Positions 38,621-47,486 of a stretch of DNA of 64,000 nt are shown in pieces. Below the pieces are notes generated by a model. That model saw only the letters and a list, made by a program, of their open reading frames with translations, was not told the DNA's origin and did no database searches. Position numbers and translations under genes: made by a program. Source of the stretch: a virus; the IMG/VR virus record IMGVR_UViG_3300027782_000032, positions 32,001-96,000 of that record. One strand, written 5' to 3'. Each line of letters begins with the position of its first letter. The stretch's first letter is position 1.

Positions 38621-39940
38621 TTATTGACCAAAGAACCCAGGAACCACAGCTTTAAGTGCACCAGCCACAACACCAGCTCCCTGCAAAGTTCTTTGAGCCT
38701 GTGGAGTCAAGCCTACCAAAGCTCCTAATACTTTTCCACCCAAAGTAGCCTGAACATATCCAGCTCCCATGCCTATGCCAACCCTAGCTATGTCCATAGG
38801 AGTAATAAAGCCAGTGCCTCCTCCCATGCTGTTAGCTGCACTGACAACGCCCATAGTAGCTGCCTGCATATAAGGAGGAGAGAAAGGATCATTAAGAACA
38901 AGCCTATTGAAAGCGTCTACAGGCACAGGGGCTAGGCTTATTCCGCCTCCACCAAAGAAGTTAGATGACTTCTGCATCTCTTCAGATATCTCTGGCTGAA
39001 TCTGAGATAACGCTTCAGAAGCCTTAGTTATAGTTGAGTTTCCAAATATTACGTTTGGTGATGTGAAAGCTTTTATAGAGTTAGAATCCCTATCAGGATT
39101 GCTTTTAGCGTCCCAAGTGTGCATGCCTATTCCACCCATTGCAGCACCTGGAAGAGCACCTACAAGACCGCCTAGCATAGCCATTCTCTTTCTTAGCTTG
39201 CCCTTTTCAAATACTCCAGGGGCTATGTTCTCAGCTATGGTACCTGCTCCGTAGCCTAAGCCAGCAGTTAAGGCGCCACCAGCGATCATGGAAGCTAAAG
39301 GAGTAGGTCCACCTATATGGTCTGAGAACTTTGAAGGCTTAAGCATGAAGGCCTGAGCAACTGGACCAAGCACGCTAGACACCAAGGTGTCACTAGCACA
39401 CTTAACTAATATCCAAGGAGAGTTAAGGTTTGGCTTTCCAACCTTGTTGCTAACTCCTGCCTTCTCAAGAGTAGTGGAGACGTCTCCACTCTCGACAAGT
39501 ACTTTGTCAGATGTTGGACTGATCCACGCGTGCGTACGTGGTAAAAGAGCCCTAGCAACTTTTTCATAAACTTCTTTTGACGCTAAAACATAAGTATTTA
39601 CTAGGTCTGGAACGTAACTCCAAGCCAAGTCTTCAGCAATTTTATCCATCCGTTCTTGCCTCGAAATTGAAGAGGGGATAATATCCCTAGGAGCATGGAC
39701 CTTGAATGAAGTTGGAACGTGCGTTATCCCTACAAACTTTTTGTTAAGATCGGAATCTATGACAAAGTCTTCTGGCTTATCAACTAAAAGATTCCTCAAT
39801 ATTTTGTTCTTTTCATGATAGTTACGCTGATCAGACATCTGCTTGGCTCTAAGCAGCAGGTGAAGATCAGTCTTGGGATTGCGTTCTTCTTGAACTGGCA
39901 TTAGAAGGTCCTCCATCACGATAGTACCAACTCTTGGCAT
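38621..39940 (-). CDS. Glycine-zipper protein with several hydrophobic segments
   Basis: IAGGALTAGLGYGAG, LGGLVGALPGAAMGGIG, IGMGAGY...LGALVG. Confidence 0.5.
   Translation of the reverse strand: MPRVGTIVMEDLLMPVQEERNPKTDLHLLLRAKQMSDQRNYHEKNKILRNLLVDKPEDFVIDSDLNKKFVGITHVPTSFKVHAPRDIIPSSISRQERMDKIAEDLAWSYVPDLVNTYVLASKEVYEKVARALLPRTHAWISPTSDKVLVESGDVSTTLEKAGVSNKVGKPNLNSPWILVKCASDTLVSSVLGPVAQAFMLKPSKFSDHIGGPTPLASMIAGGALTAGLGYGAGTIAENIAPGVFEKGKLRKRMAMLGGLVGALPGAAMGGIGMHTWDAKSNPDRDSNSIKAFTSPNVIFGNSTITKASEALSQIQPEISEEMQKSSNFFGGGGISLAPVPVDAFNRLVLNDPFSPPYMQAATMGVVSAANSMGGGTGFITPMDIARVGIGMGAGYVQATLGGKVLGALVGLTPQAQRTLQGAGVVAGALKAVVPGFFGQ
39473..39490. repeat. Dispersed palindrome copy 6 (18-bp perfect: AGTGGAGACGTCTCCACT)
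   Basis: Core at 39474-39489; encodes SGDVST. Confidence 0.95.
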
Positions 39941-40019
39941 ACCAAGCCATAGTTGGATGCCGTTTGGATGAAATTATGTTTAAGGATGGACATATTAACA
40001 AACACGGAGGTTATAACCA

Positions 40020-42284
40020 ATGGTTACTGCTGGAGTTAAGAAGTCTTTAAGTTTAGAGTCTAGGAAAGTAAAGAAAAGGAACGGAAACGTAGTAGCGTTT
40101 GAAGCCACTAAGATTGCATCAGCCGTTGAGAGATGCTTTAAAAACGGACTACAAAGCACAGATGAAGAAGCTCAAGTTGCAGGAGTTAAAGTCTCTAAAG
40201 CCGTTGCTAACATCCTAAACAAGAAGGTTGACGAAGAACCTATAGAAGTTGAAGCACTTCAACATACGGTAATTCAACAGCTATGGGCTTTAGGGTACTT
40301 TGAAGGCGCTGAACACTACACCATATTTAAAGAAAAAAGAAAGCAAGAAAGAGTAAACCATCCAGTAGACCCAGAGCTGAGGCGTCTGGTGGATGAAGAT
40401 AACAACTACTTTCCATCTGCGCTTCAGTACTACCAGTTCATCAGCAAGTTCTCAAAGTGGAACGAAGAACTTGGAAGAAGAGAAACTTGGGGAGAATGCG
40501 TAAACCGAGTAATGAGTTTCTTTGCAAAGCAGGACTTTGCTGAAAAGGTTACCAAGCAAGAGTTCAAAGAACTTAAAGAGTATCTGCAGCGAATGGACGC
40601 CACTCCAGCAATGCGAGTTATTCAGATGGCTGGAAAGGCATTAGATAGGTGCCACGTTGGAGTATACAACTGTAGCTACATGCCAATCACTGACATCAGA
40701 TCGTTCAGTGAGTTACTTTATATTCTCATGCAAGGTACTGGCGCTGGCTTCTCAGTAGAGCGTCGGTATGTTGAGCAGCTGCCTGCTGTAAAAAGACAGA
40801 CTGGCAAGCCACCAGCAAAGATGGGAATCATCGATACAACCGAAGGATGGTGCGATGCCCTCTACGCAGGTATGGAAGCTTGGTTCAATGGTAAAGACAT
40901 TGAGTTTGACTTCAGCAAGATCAGACCAGCTGGAGCAAGACTCAGCATTAAAGGAGGTAGGGCTAGCGGTCCTGATCCTCTCAAAACACTGCTACAGTTT
41001 GCAAGGACGCTTATTCTATCTAGGCAGGGTCGGTCACTTAGCGATGTAGACTGTCATGACCTAGCCTGCATGACTGGAAAGATCGTGCAAGTAGGTGGAG
41101 TTAGAAGAGCTAGTGAGATCTCGCTTAGCGACCTTGACTCTAAAGACATGAGACTGGCTAAGAGCGGAAACTGGTGGGAGAGCAGTATACATCGAACTAT
41201 GGCTAATAACTCAGCCGTATACGATAGCAAGCCTACCTCTATAGAGTTTATGGAAGAGTGGCTATCTTTAGCTAAGAGCGGGTCAGGAGAGCGTGGCATC
41301 TTCAACAGGGATGGCGTGCTTAGGACTCTACCTGAAAGAAGGCAGCCAAGAGACTTCGGCACTAACCCTTGTGCTGAAATTATTCTTAGACCTTATCAGT
41401 TTTGTAACTTGTCTATCGTGGTCGCTAGACACGATGACACTGCTGAGACTCTTAAAAAGAAAGTACGCATAGCTACTATCTTTGGAACTATGCAAGCCTG
41501 CCTGACAGACTTCAAGTACATTCGAAGAGAGTGGAAAGATAACTGCCAAGAAGAAAGGCTACTAGGAGTAGACATCACTGGACAGATGGACTGCCCACTG
41601 CTAAGACCTGGCTCTGAAGGCAGAGATGATCTCCTTAAAAAGCTAAGGTCTGTGGTAGCTAAAACTAATACAGAGTTTGCTGAAAGGTTTGGAATTGGCC
41701 GAGCAGCTGCAGACACTTGTGTTAAGCCATCTGGAGACAGTGCAGTTTTATTTGGATGCTCTTCTGGCATTCATGCTAGGTTCTCTGAGTATTACATCAG
41801 ACGAGTTAGAGAAAGAGCTGATAGCCCTGTAGCTAACATGCTAAGAGACGCTGGAGTTCCTTGGATTCAAGCACCTGAAGATCAGTCGCTTGTATGCTTT
41901 GAGTTTCCATGTGCATCGCCAGAAGGAGCTATTACAAAGGATCAACAAACAGCACTAGAGCAGCTAGACAACTGGATGACTTGGAAGCTTAACTGGGCTG
42001 AGCACTCGGTATCAGCTACTGTGTATCTTGAGCCTAACGAGTGGCTAGATGCAGGACATTGGGTGTATCGTAACTTTGATGCTATCTCTGGCATTAGCTT
42101 CTTACCTAAGAACAATGGCACCTACACAGGAACGCCATACGAAGAGATAGATAAGAATGAGTACACAAGCAGGGTAAACACTTTTCCAAAGATCGACTGG
42201 GCTAAGCTCTCTAGGTACGAGAAGACTGACCATACAGAGTCGTCTCAAACCTACGCTTGCACCGGCGGCGCATGTGAACTGTAA
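40020..42284 (+). CDS. nrdJ: Class II (adenosylcobalamin-dependent) ribonucleotide reductase with N-terminal ATP cone
   Basis: KKRNGNVVAFEATKIASAV (ATP cone); YNCSY, TNPCAEI, CVKPSG; C-terminal CTGGAC pair; no small-subunit gene nearby. Confidence 0.9.
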   Translation: MVTAGVKKSLSLESRKVKKRNGNVVAFEATKIASAVERCFKNGLQSTDEEAQVAGVKVSKAVANILNKKVDEEPIEVEALQHTVIQQLWALGYFEGAEHYTIFKEKRKQERVNHPVDPELRRLVDEDNNYFPSALQYYQFISKFSKWNEELGRRETWGECVNRVMSFFAKQDFAEKVTKQEFKELKEYLQRMDATPAMRVIQMAGKALDRCHVGVYNCSYMPITDIRSFSELLYILMQGTGAGFSVERRYVEQLPAVKRQTGKPPAKMGIIDTTEGWCDALYAGMEAWFNGKDIEFDFSKIRPAGARLSIKGGRASGPDPLKTLLQFARTLILSRQGRSLSDVDCHDLACMTGKIVQVGGVRRASEISLSDLDSKDMRLAKSGNWWESSIHRTMANNSAVYDSKPTSIEFMEEWLSLAKSGSGERGIFNRDGVLRTLPERRQPRDFGTNPCAEIILRPYQFCNLSIVVARHDDTAETLKKKVRIATIFGTMQACLTDFKYIRREWKDNCQEERLLGVDITGQMDCPLLRPGSEGRDDLLKKLRSVVAKTNTEFAERFGIGRAAADTCVKPSGDSAVLFGCSSGIHARFSEYYIRRVRERADSPVANMLRDAGVPWIQAPEDQSLVCFEFPCASPEGAITKDQQTALEQLDNWMTWKLNWAEHSVSATVYLEPNEWLDAGHWVYRNFDAISGISFLPKNNGTYTGTPYEEIDKNEYTSRVNTFPKIDWAKLSRYEKTDHTESSQTYACTGGACEL

Positions 42285-42290
42285 TGTCTG

Positions 42291-42337
42291 ATAGCTAAAA
42301 AAAACACCTCCATGTTCCTAAGAACTGGAGGTGTTTT
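42291..42337. terminator. Bidirectional intrinsic terminator between nrdJ and cassette 1
   Basis: AAAACACCTCCA...TGGAGGTGTTTT stem with a CTAA loop; minus-strand tail T8-AGCTAT. Confidence 0.85.
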
Positions 42338-42339
42338 GT

Positions 42340-42453
42340 TTATTTCACTAGCATTACCCAGGTCTGAGTTATCATAAGCACAGCTAGAAACGCTATAAGC
42401 GAAAATGGTAGAAACAAAAACACAATCTCATCTACCGTATAATTCTTCATCAT
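42340..42453 (-). CDS. 37-aa single-pass membrane protein (not in ORF track)
   Basis: SD GGAG; MMKNYTVDEIVFLFLPFSLIAFLAVLMITQTWVMLVK; has its own promoter and terminator. Confidence 0.6.
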   Translation of the reverse strand: MMKNYTVDEIVFLFLPFSLIAFLAVLMITQTWVMLVK

Positions 42454-42477
42454 AATCTCCAAGTTAGATATAAAATT

Positions 42478-42548
42478 AAGAACTCTTACTGAGCTCCTGA
42501 ACACTATTGTATTCAATTCATTATGACACGTTTATGGCCTGAATTAAG
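42478..42548. repeat. 71-bp direct repeat copy A (promoter plus leader)
   Basis: First 39 nt identical to 43163-43201; remainder diverged but aligned. Confidence 0.9.
42520..42548 (-). promoter_or_regulatory. Putative sigma70-like promoter CTTAAT-N17-CATAAT (copy 1)
   Basis: Same bipartite motif and spacing at 43205-43233 and 44269-44297. Confidence 0.65.
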
Positions 42549-42558
42549 GGGGTGTCTA

Positions 42559-42605
42559 ATAGCTAAAAAAAGCACCTTCAAACCCCTAAGGGCTGAAGGT
42601 GCTTT
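42559..42605 (-). terminator. Intrinsic terminator of cassette 2
   Basis: AAAGCACCTTCA/TGAAGGTGCTTT stem, inner CCC-CTAA-GGG; tail T7-AGCTAT. Confidence 0.85.
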
Positions 42606-42613
42606 GGTTAGAT

Positions 42614-43108
42614 CTAGTTTGCAAAAACTTTTCCAGCTTTTGCGTACTTGATTGTAGCTGAGGCGTTTATAGCCTTAAGCGACAGCTGTAGATCCGGTGG
42701 CATCACCGCCAGCTTAGCCCACTGTGGGCTAGTGGATGAGAATGCCTTAGCTGCATCTTTACCAAAGTGGTAAAGTACAGTCTCATCAAAACTATCATTA
42801 GCTAGCTCTGCGGCTAACTCATCCGACGGAAGACGATGAGTCTTGTCGAAAAAGCTAGCCTTAAAACTATCGATGTACGCCACTACATACGCCTTCTTCA
42901 CGGCATCGTAAGCCGACTCCTGCGGAGCCACTTCAATCGCCACCTCAGGCTCTACTGCAGGAGTAGCCTCAGGCTCCTCAAGCAACCTTAAAGCCATTTC
43001 TGAAGCAGCTGCCGATGCCTTCCTATCTGTGTATACCTTACCAAAAACTAGAATTGAGCATACAGAGACCACAGAAATCACAGCCCAAAAAACCTTATTA
43101 GTATTCAT
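42614..43108 (-). CDS. Membrane-anchored hypothetical protein
   Basis: N-terminal hydrophobic VFWAVISVVSVCSILVFG; SD AAGGAG. Confidence 0.65.
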   Translation of the reverse strand: MNTNKVFWAVISVVSVCSILVFGKVYTDRKASAAASEMALRLLEEPEATPAVEPEVAIEVAPQESAYDAVKKAYVVAYIDSFKASFFDKTHRLPSDELAAELANDSFDETVLYHFGKDAAKAFSSTSPQWAKLAVMPPDLQLSLKAINASATIKYAKAGKVFAN

Positions 43109-43162
43109 GGTTATTTCTCCTTTAATGAGATGGCCACCACAGCCAGTTAATTACAACAGTGC

Positions 43163-43233
43163 AAGAACTCTTACTGAGCTCCTGAACACTATTGTATTCA
43201 ACTCATTATGACGCAGTTTTGGCCTGAATTAAG
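43163..43233. repeat. 71-bp direct repeat copy B, containing promoter copy 2 (43205-43233)
   Basis: Matches 42478-42548. Confidence 0.9.
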
Positions 43234-43238
43234 CCCTG

Positions 43239-44012
43239 CTAGTCTATAGGCTTATTTAGATAGGTATCGCATATAAACCCTATGGAGTAACCCTTGTTAA
43301 GTTTGGTAACTACGGTTGTACGGCTTATTCCAAGGTACTTAGCCCAATCCGTCACAGTCATGTCCTTGCCGTTGTACTCATAGGTCTTATGAGTACGTAC
43401 CATATAAGATACTGGGTTTAGGGCTATCTCATCTCCGCTGTATCCTTGATTGTAAAGAAACACGGCTCTGTCATAGTTTAAACCTAGTAGCTTTACCAGA
43501 GCACCAAGCTTCATCGGCTTTCCTAAATATACTAAATCTCTAGACTTGTGCTCTAAAAGCTCTGGGTTTAGGGCGTCCTCTAAGGAAAACCCTCTGGCAA
43601 GCCTAGTAGCTGCTGTGTCGTAGTTTATATTCAAGTCCTTGCAAACCACAGACAATGGAAGCTGCACGCCGTTGTGTTCAACCATATGATTGCTGGTCTT
43701 GTTAAGAGCTTGAAGTGGAATCTTTATCCACTCCATGTTGCCGCATACATACCCTTCGTTATTGTCTATTCTTTCTATGCTGTATTCAGTCTTGGGCTCT
43801 GGGCACACTCCAACCTCGTTAAGAAAGTTTAGAAAGCTATACCTATACAAGTCTCCTACTCCAATACCCCTGCCTCCGTAGTTAGCATACCTATGGTGGT
43901 TAGGATTGTAGCACTTGGCGTTTATTCTCTGCCATGTCCTATACTCCTTTACATACTTAGCTCCCTTGGTGCTAGAGCCTCTTACGTCTCTAGCTGTGAA
44001 TGTGCCCTTCAT
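43239..44012 (-). CDS. HNH-family homing endonuclease-like protein with C-terminal DNA-binding repeats
   Basis: EYRTWQRINAKCYNPN...YGGRGI...SIERIDNNEGYVCGNMEW; SD AGGAGG supports start 44012. Confidence 0.8.
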   Translation of the reverse strand: MKGTFTARDVRGSSTKGAKYVKEYRTWQRINAKCYNPNHHRYANYGGRGIGVGDLYRYSFLNFLNEVGVCPEPKTEYSIERIDNNEGYVCGNMEWIKIPLQALNKTSNHMVEHNGVQLPLSVVCKDLNINYDTAATRLARGFSLEDALNPELLEHKSRDLVYLGKPMKLGALVKLLGLNYDRAVFLYNQGYSGDEIALNPVSYMVRTHKTYEYNGKDMTVTDWAKYLGISRTTVVTKLNKGYSIGFICDTYLNKPID

Positions 44013-44027
44013 AAGAGTATCCTCCTG

Positions 44028-44063
44028 ATAGCTAAAAAAAGGCCAGAGCATAATGCTCCGGCC
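44028..44063 (-). terminator. Intrinsic terminator of cassette 3
   Basis: GGCC-GAGCA/TGCTC-GGCC stem; tail T7-AGCTAT. Confidence 0.75.
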
Positions 44064-44068
44064 TAGGT

Positions 44069-44233
44069 TTACCAGCTCCTTCGAACTGTCACAGATAAGT
44101 GTACCTTATCTATGATCTTGTCGTCCCACGGGCATGCCGTGGTACTGTAGGTACTCTCAACCGAATGAGAAACCTTAGGCGCACATCTGCATCCAGCAGC
44201 TGACAACACCAATACCAAAATTAAAATCCTCAT
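44069..44233 (-). CDS. 54-aa predicted lipoprotein (not in ORF track)
   Basis: SD AAGGAG; MRILILVLVLSAAGC signal with lipobox-like Cys15. Confidence 0.6.
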   Translation of the reverse strand: MRILILVLVLSAAGCRCAPKVSHSVESTYSTTACPWDDKIIDKVHLSVTVRRSW

Positions 44234-44268
44234 CGTAGCACTCCTTTGTTAGATGTAGAATCCATGTA

Positions 44269-44297
44269 ATTATGACGCAAAGACGCTATGGATTAAG
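44269..44297 (-). promoter_or_regulatory. Putative promoter CTTAAT-N17-CATAAT (copy 3)
   Basis: Hexamers and spacing conserved although the spacer sequence differs. Confidence 0.6.
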
Positions 44298-44303
44298 GGT
44301 CGT

Positions 44304-44894
44304 CTACTTCTTTACAAAAGCCCACGAACTGTCTTTAAAGTACCTTATGTTTTCTTTTTTAAATATTTCGTCTACTGCTCTGCCTACGTCAGGCATGCAA
44401 TAGTCATGGCCTGCTATTAAGCCTCCAACCTTTACTTTGTCAGACCAAGCTTGTATGTCAGCTTTAACACTGTCATATGAGTGGTCTGCATCAATGTAGA
44501 CCATATCAATAGTTTCTTTACCAAACTCTTTTGCTAAAACCTCAGACTTAACTTTATGTTCAATTATGTTGTGGTTTCTAGACTTTGTATCTAAAAATTC
44601 TTTGTATATTACAGGAGCCATACTAGGGCTAATATACTCCTCCCAAATGTCACAACATACAACAACCCCAGCGTACTGAGCCATTAGCTCTGCAGAAGCT
44701 CCAGCGTAGCTTCCTACCTCTACAATCTTCCATCCTCTAGTTACTCTATAGTAATCAAGTAAATCTTTTAATCCAAACAGCCTGTTTATTGAAGGCATCT
44801 CTTCGTTAAAATAGTGATCGCTAGGTAAGTTAATAATCCTATACCTGTGTACTACTTTGTCAGCTAAGTTTTTAGTGTCATTATGATACGGCAT
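44304..44894 (-). CDS. Class I SAM-dependent methyltransferase
   Basis: IVEVGSYAGAS, DMVYIDADHSY, GGLIAGHDY. Confidence 0.85.
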   Translation of the reverse strand: MPYHNDTKNLADKVVHRYRIINLPSDHYFNEEMPSINRLFGLKDLLDYYRVTRGWKIVEVGSYAGASAELMAQYAGVVVCCDIWEEYISPSMAPVIYKEFLDTKSRNHNIIEHKVKSEVLAKEFGKETIDMVYIDADHSYDSVKADIQAWSDKVKVGGLIAGHDYCMPDVGRAVDEIFKKENIRYFKDSSWAFVKK

Positions 44895-44923
44895 TACTTG
44901 AGTCTCCTTATAGTCTGTTGTTA

Positions 44924-45487
44924 CTACCTAAAAGGCGGACCTTCGTACCAAGTAACCAAGCTGTATCTAGTGCCTTTAGTAACTGGAGTAACCCTATGTT
45001 TTAGAAATGAAGGAAACACTAAAGTGTTACCCCTAGCGCGCATGTGCTCTGGCTTAGGAGGTTGAGAAGTGTTTAGTTGAAACTCAAAGTCTCCACCTTC
45101 ATAGTCTGCTGGGTCTGACAACTGTAGCACAAATGACAGCTTTCTTTGAGTGTTTTGACCGTTCCTAGGTAGCCACACTATGTCTTCGTGCCATCCATAG
45201 TGTCCTTTGTTTTCAGCTTGGTACTCTGTAAACTGAACCTCATAGAAAAAGTTGAGGTCAAATCCAAAAGAAGTATTGGCTCTTTTGCATACGTTGTCTA
45301 TGTCTGTGTAAAGCCACTGCCAGTCTGCAGCGTTCCTGTCTAGCCATCTTACTTTAGACGTTCTAAGGTCAGGCACTTGGCCGTACGTAGTAGCCTCTAC
45401 TGGAGTAATAGTAAGCGCTTGAGTGATTATGTTGTTACACTTTTCTGGTGAAGCATAGTTGTGCCACAGCTGCCACATAGATTGCAT
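44924..45487 (-). CDS. 2OG-Fe(II) oxygenase
   Basis: YGWHED, RKLSFVLQLSDPADYEGG, HRVTPVTKGTRYSLVTW. Confidence 0.92.
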   Translation of the reverse strand: MQSMWQLWHNYASPEKCNNIITQALTITPVEATTYGQVPDLRTSKVRWLDRNAADWQWLYTDIDNVCKRANTSFGFDLNFFYEVQFTEYQAENKGHYGWHEDIVWLPRNGQNTQRKLSFVLQLSDPADYEGGDFEFQLNTSQPPKPEHMRARGNTLVFPSFLKHRVTPVTKGTRYSLVTWYEGPPFR

Positions 45488-45629
45488 CGTATCTCCTTTT
45501 CGTTAGACCCCGCTATTTAAGCTTAACGGTAGTCCTAAGTCAATAACAAGGGTGATACTACTAGCCAATAAAATACACTATTGTTATTATGCCTACTTGC
45601 TTAGTAACTACAAACTAGTGGATTGTTTT

Positions 45630-46304
45630 ATGGAATATAACGAATACTTTATCAAACGAATTAATAGGTATCAGTACGCTATTAATACGTATCCTAACAC
45701 AATGAATGATGAGCGAGGTGAAGCCTTAAGTAAGCTAGACTTGTTCGAGGGATGTAAATCTTTAGATCTAGGCAACAGCGGCCTAATGAACTTTACCAGC
45801 ATAGACTTTGAATTTAAGAAGCTTCCATTTGAAGACAAGTCATTTGACAGAGTTGTGATCATGGCAGTGCTGCATCATATATCAGTAGAGAATCGTGAGA
45901 TCCTGTACAAAGAGTGTATGCGTATCCTTAAGCAAGGTGGAAAGCTTGTGGTATCTGATGTTATTAAAGATTCGAAACAAGCCTACTGGCTTAATAACAT
46001 AGTAGACAAGTACAACAGCATAGGTCACAAAGGATTATTCTTTGATAAGTCAGATGAAGAGCTATTTAGGAAAACCGGATTTGATGTAAGAAGTGAAGTT
46101 GCTTCTTACTTCTGGTACTTCAAAAATAAGTCTGAACTAGAAGACTTTATAACTAACCTGTTTGGAATGGATCTAGCTGATAGCGTGTACGACATAGTTA
46201 ATGAGCACCTTGGGCTGAGCCCACACGGAGAAGAAGGGTTTAAATTTGAATGGAAGCTCATCTACTTTATAGCCACTTGTCCCCTAACTCTTTTTCAAGA
46301 TTAA
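45630..46304 (+). CDS. Class I SAM-dependent methyltransferase
   Basis: LPFEDKSFDRV, VLHH, LKQGGKLVVSD; start refined to MEYNEY. Confidence 0.75.
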   Translation: MEYNEYFIKRINRYQYAINTYPNTMNDERGEALSKLDLFEGCKSLDLGNSGLMNFTSIDFEFKKLPFEDKSFDRVVIMAVLHHISVENREILYKECMRILKQGGKLVVSDVIKDSKQAYWLNNIVDKYNSIGHKGLFFDKSDEELFRKTGFDVRSEVASYFWYFKNKSELEDFITNLFGMDLADSVYDIVNEHLGLSPHGEEGFKFEWKLIYFIATCPLTLFQD

Positions 46305-47028
46305 CATTTCCTGTAAATGAAATATAGCCACCAGATGGAGTAAAGGTGTACTCGCTAAAGTAGATCTTGTCAGGCGATAGGTAAAAATCAATACGGACAA
46401 ACTCAAAAGGAGCTGATAGCTTTGCTGCAAACTCAAGCATCTTGTCCAAATCAGGCGGCTTCTGAATAAAGATAGATAGTCTATACTTTGGTAAGTTAGG
46501 CGATTCAACCCACTTTAAGCTATAGTTATTTTGCTTATTTCCTAGCTTAACTCCTATGCTAATAGGCTCTCCGTTTACACATCTAATCATATATACTATG
46601 GCGTCGCCTGTCTTATCAAGCAGGCGGTCTTGAATCTTATCTTCTATAAAGAATCTAGGCTCTATGAATGAGTAGTGCTTCTCAATAGAGTATGACTTGT
46701 ACTTCTGATTCCAGTGTGTAAGTTTTTTATTTATTATTCTTAAAATAGACATGCGACTAAAGTCGTTATTCCACTTTGAACCATGAGTTGACTTCAAAAT
46801 ATGATTTGGATTTATATCTTCCTGCTTAAGATCTTTGTAATCAGAAAGCACTCGTACTACCCGTGGTATCTCAAGCTCTGGGCATTGAGCCTTCGCTAGC
46901 TCCTTTGCAACAAGCTTGTCTGCGTACTTTGCATGCTCAGAAGTAAGCTGCTCTCCATATAGCTTTATCTTTTCATAAAATAATAGTGAAGACCAGTTGT
47001 CTGGCTTTATCATTCTATCGATGCTCAT
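46267..47028 (-). CDS. TupA-like ATP-grasp protein
   Basis: YADKL, ILKSTHGS, FVRIDFY...IYFSEYTFTPSGG. Confidence 0.8.
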   Translation of the reverse strand: MSIDRMIKPDNWSSLLFYEKIKLYGEQLTSEHAKYADKLVAKELAKAQCPELEIPRVVRVLSDYKDLKQEDINPNHILKSTHGSKWNNDFSRMSILRIINKKLTHWNQKYKSYSIEKHYSFIEPRFFIEDKIQDRLLDKTGDAIVYMIRCVNGEPISIGVKLGNKQNNYSLKWVESPNLPKYRLSIFIQKPPDLDKMLEFAAKLSAPFEFVRIDFYLSPDKIYFSEYTFTPSGGYISFTGNVNLEKELGDKWL

Positions 47029-47030
47029 AG

Positions 47031-47486
47031 TTAAGCGCCCTTCCACCACTCTGCAATATTTATAACTGAATGGTTTTGAAGTTCAGTGGATACGCGATAG
47101 CTGTCGTAATCAAAGTGCTGTGTAGAAGTCTCAAATATAACAGAGTCCTCTAACGCAAAAAACTGATGAATATGCCCAGGCATGACGTGCCAAGCCTGGC
47201 CTGGGTGTAACAACTTAGAAAGTACAGGCACGTCAGAAGTAGAGCTTTCAGAAGCTAAAGTAGTAGCCTCAGGTCGATCAGAGTAAAGCATCAACACCTT
47301 ACCAGAAACTACGGTAAGGGTTTCTTCTTTAATCTTGTGATAGTGAAAGCTGCAGTACTTAGAGGCACTCACTCTAAGTATTTTTCCACAGTAGGCTTCG
47401 TTGTTTACAATCCAGACCTCGCTTCCCCAGCTCTTGGGAACATAGGTCATGTGTTCAACTAGGCCGCTGAGTCTATTCTCTTTCAT
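47031..47486 (-). CDS. Cupin-domain protein (sugar isomerase-like)
   Basis: KSWGSE...SFHYHKIKEET...PGHIHQF. Confidence 0.75.
   Translation of the reverse strand: MKENRLSGLVEHMTYVPKSWGSEVWIVNNEAYCGKILRVSASKYCSFHYHKIKEETLTVVSGKVLMLYSDRPEATTLASESSTSDVPVLSKLLHPGQAWHVMPGHIHQFFALEDSVIFETSTQHFDYDSYRVSTELQNHSVINIAEWWKGA

Noticed and set aside
39972-39998. ATTATG...ATTAAC as a fourth cassette promoter
   Set aside because: Spacer is 15 rather than 17 nt and one hexamer differs.
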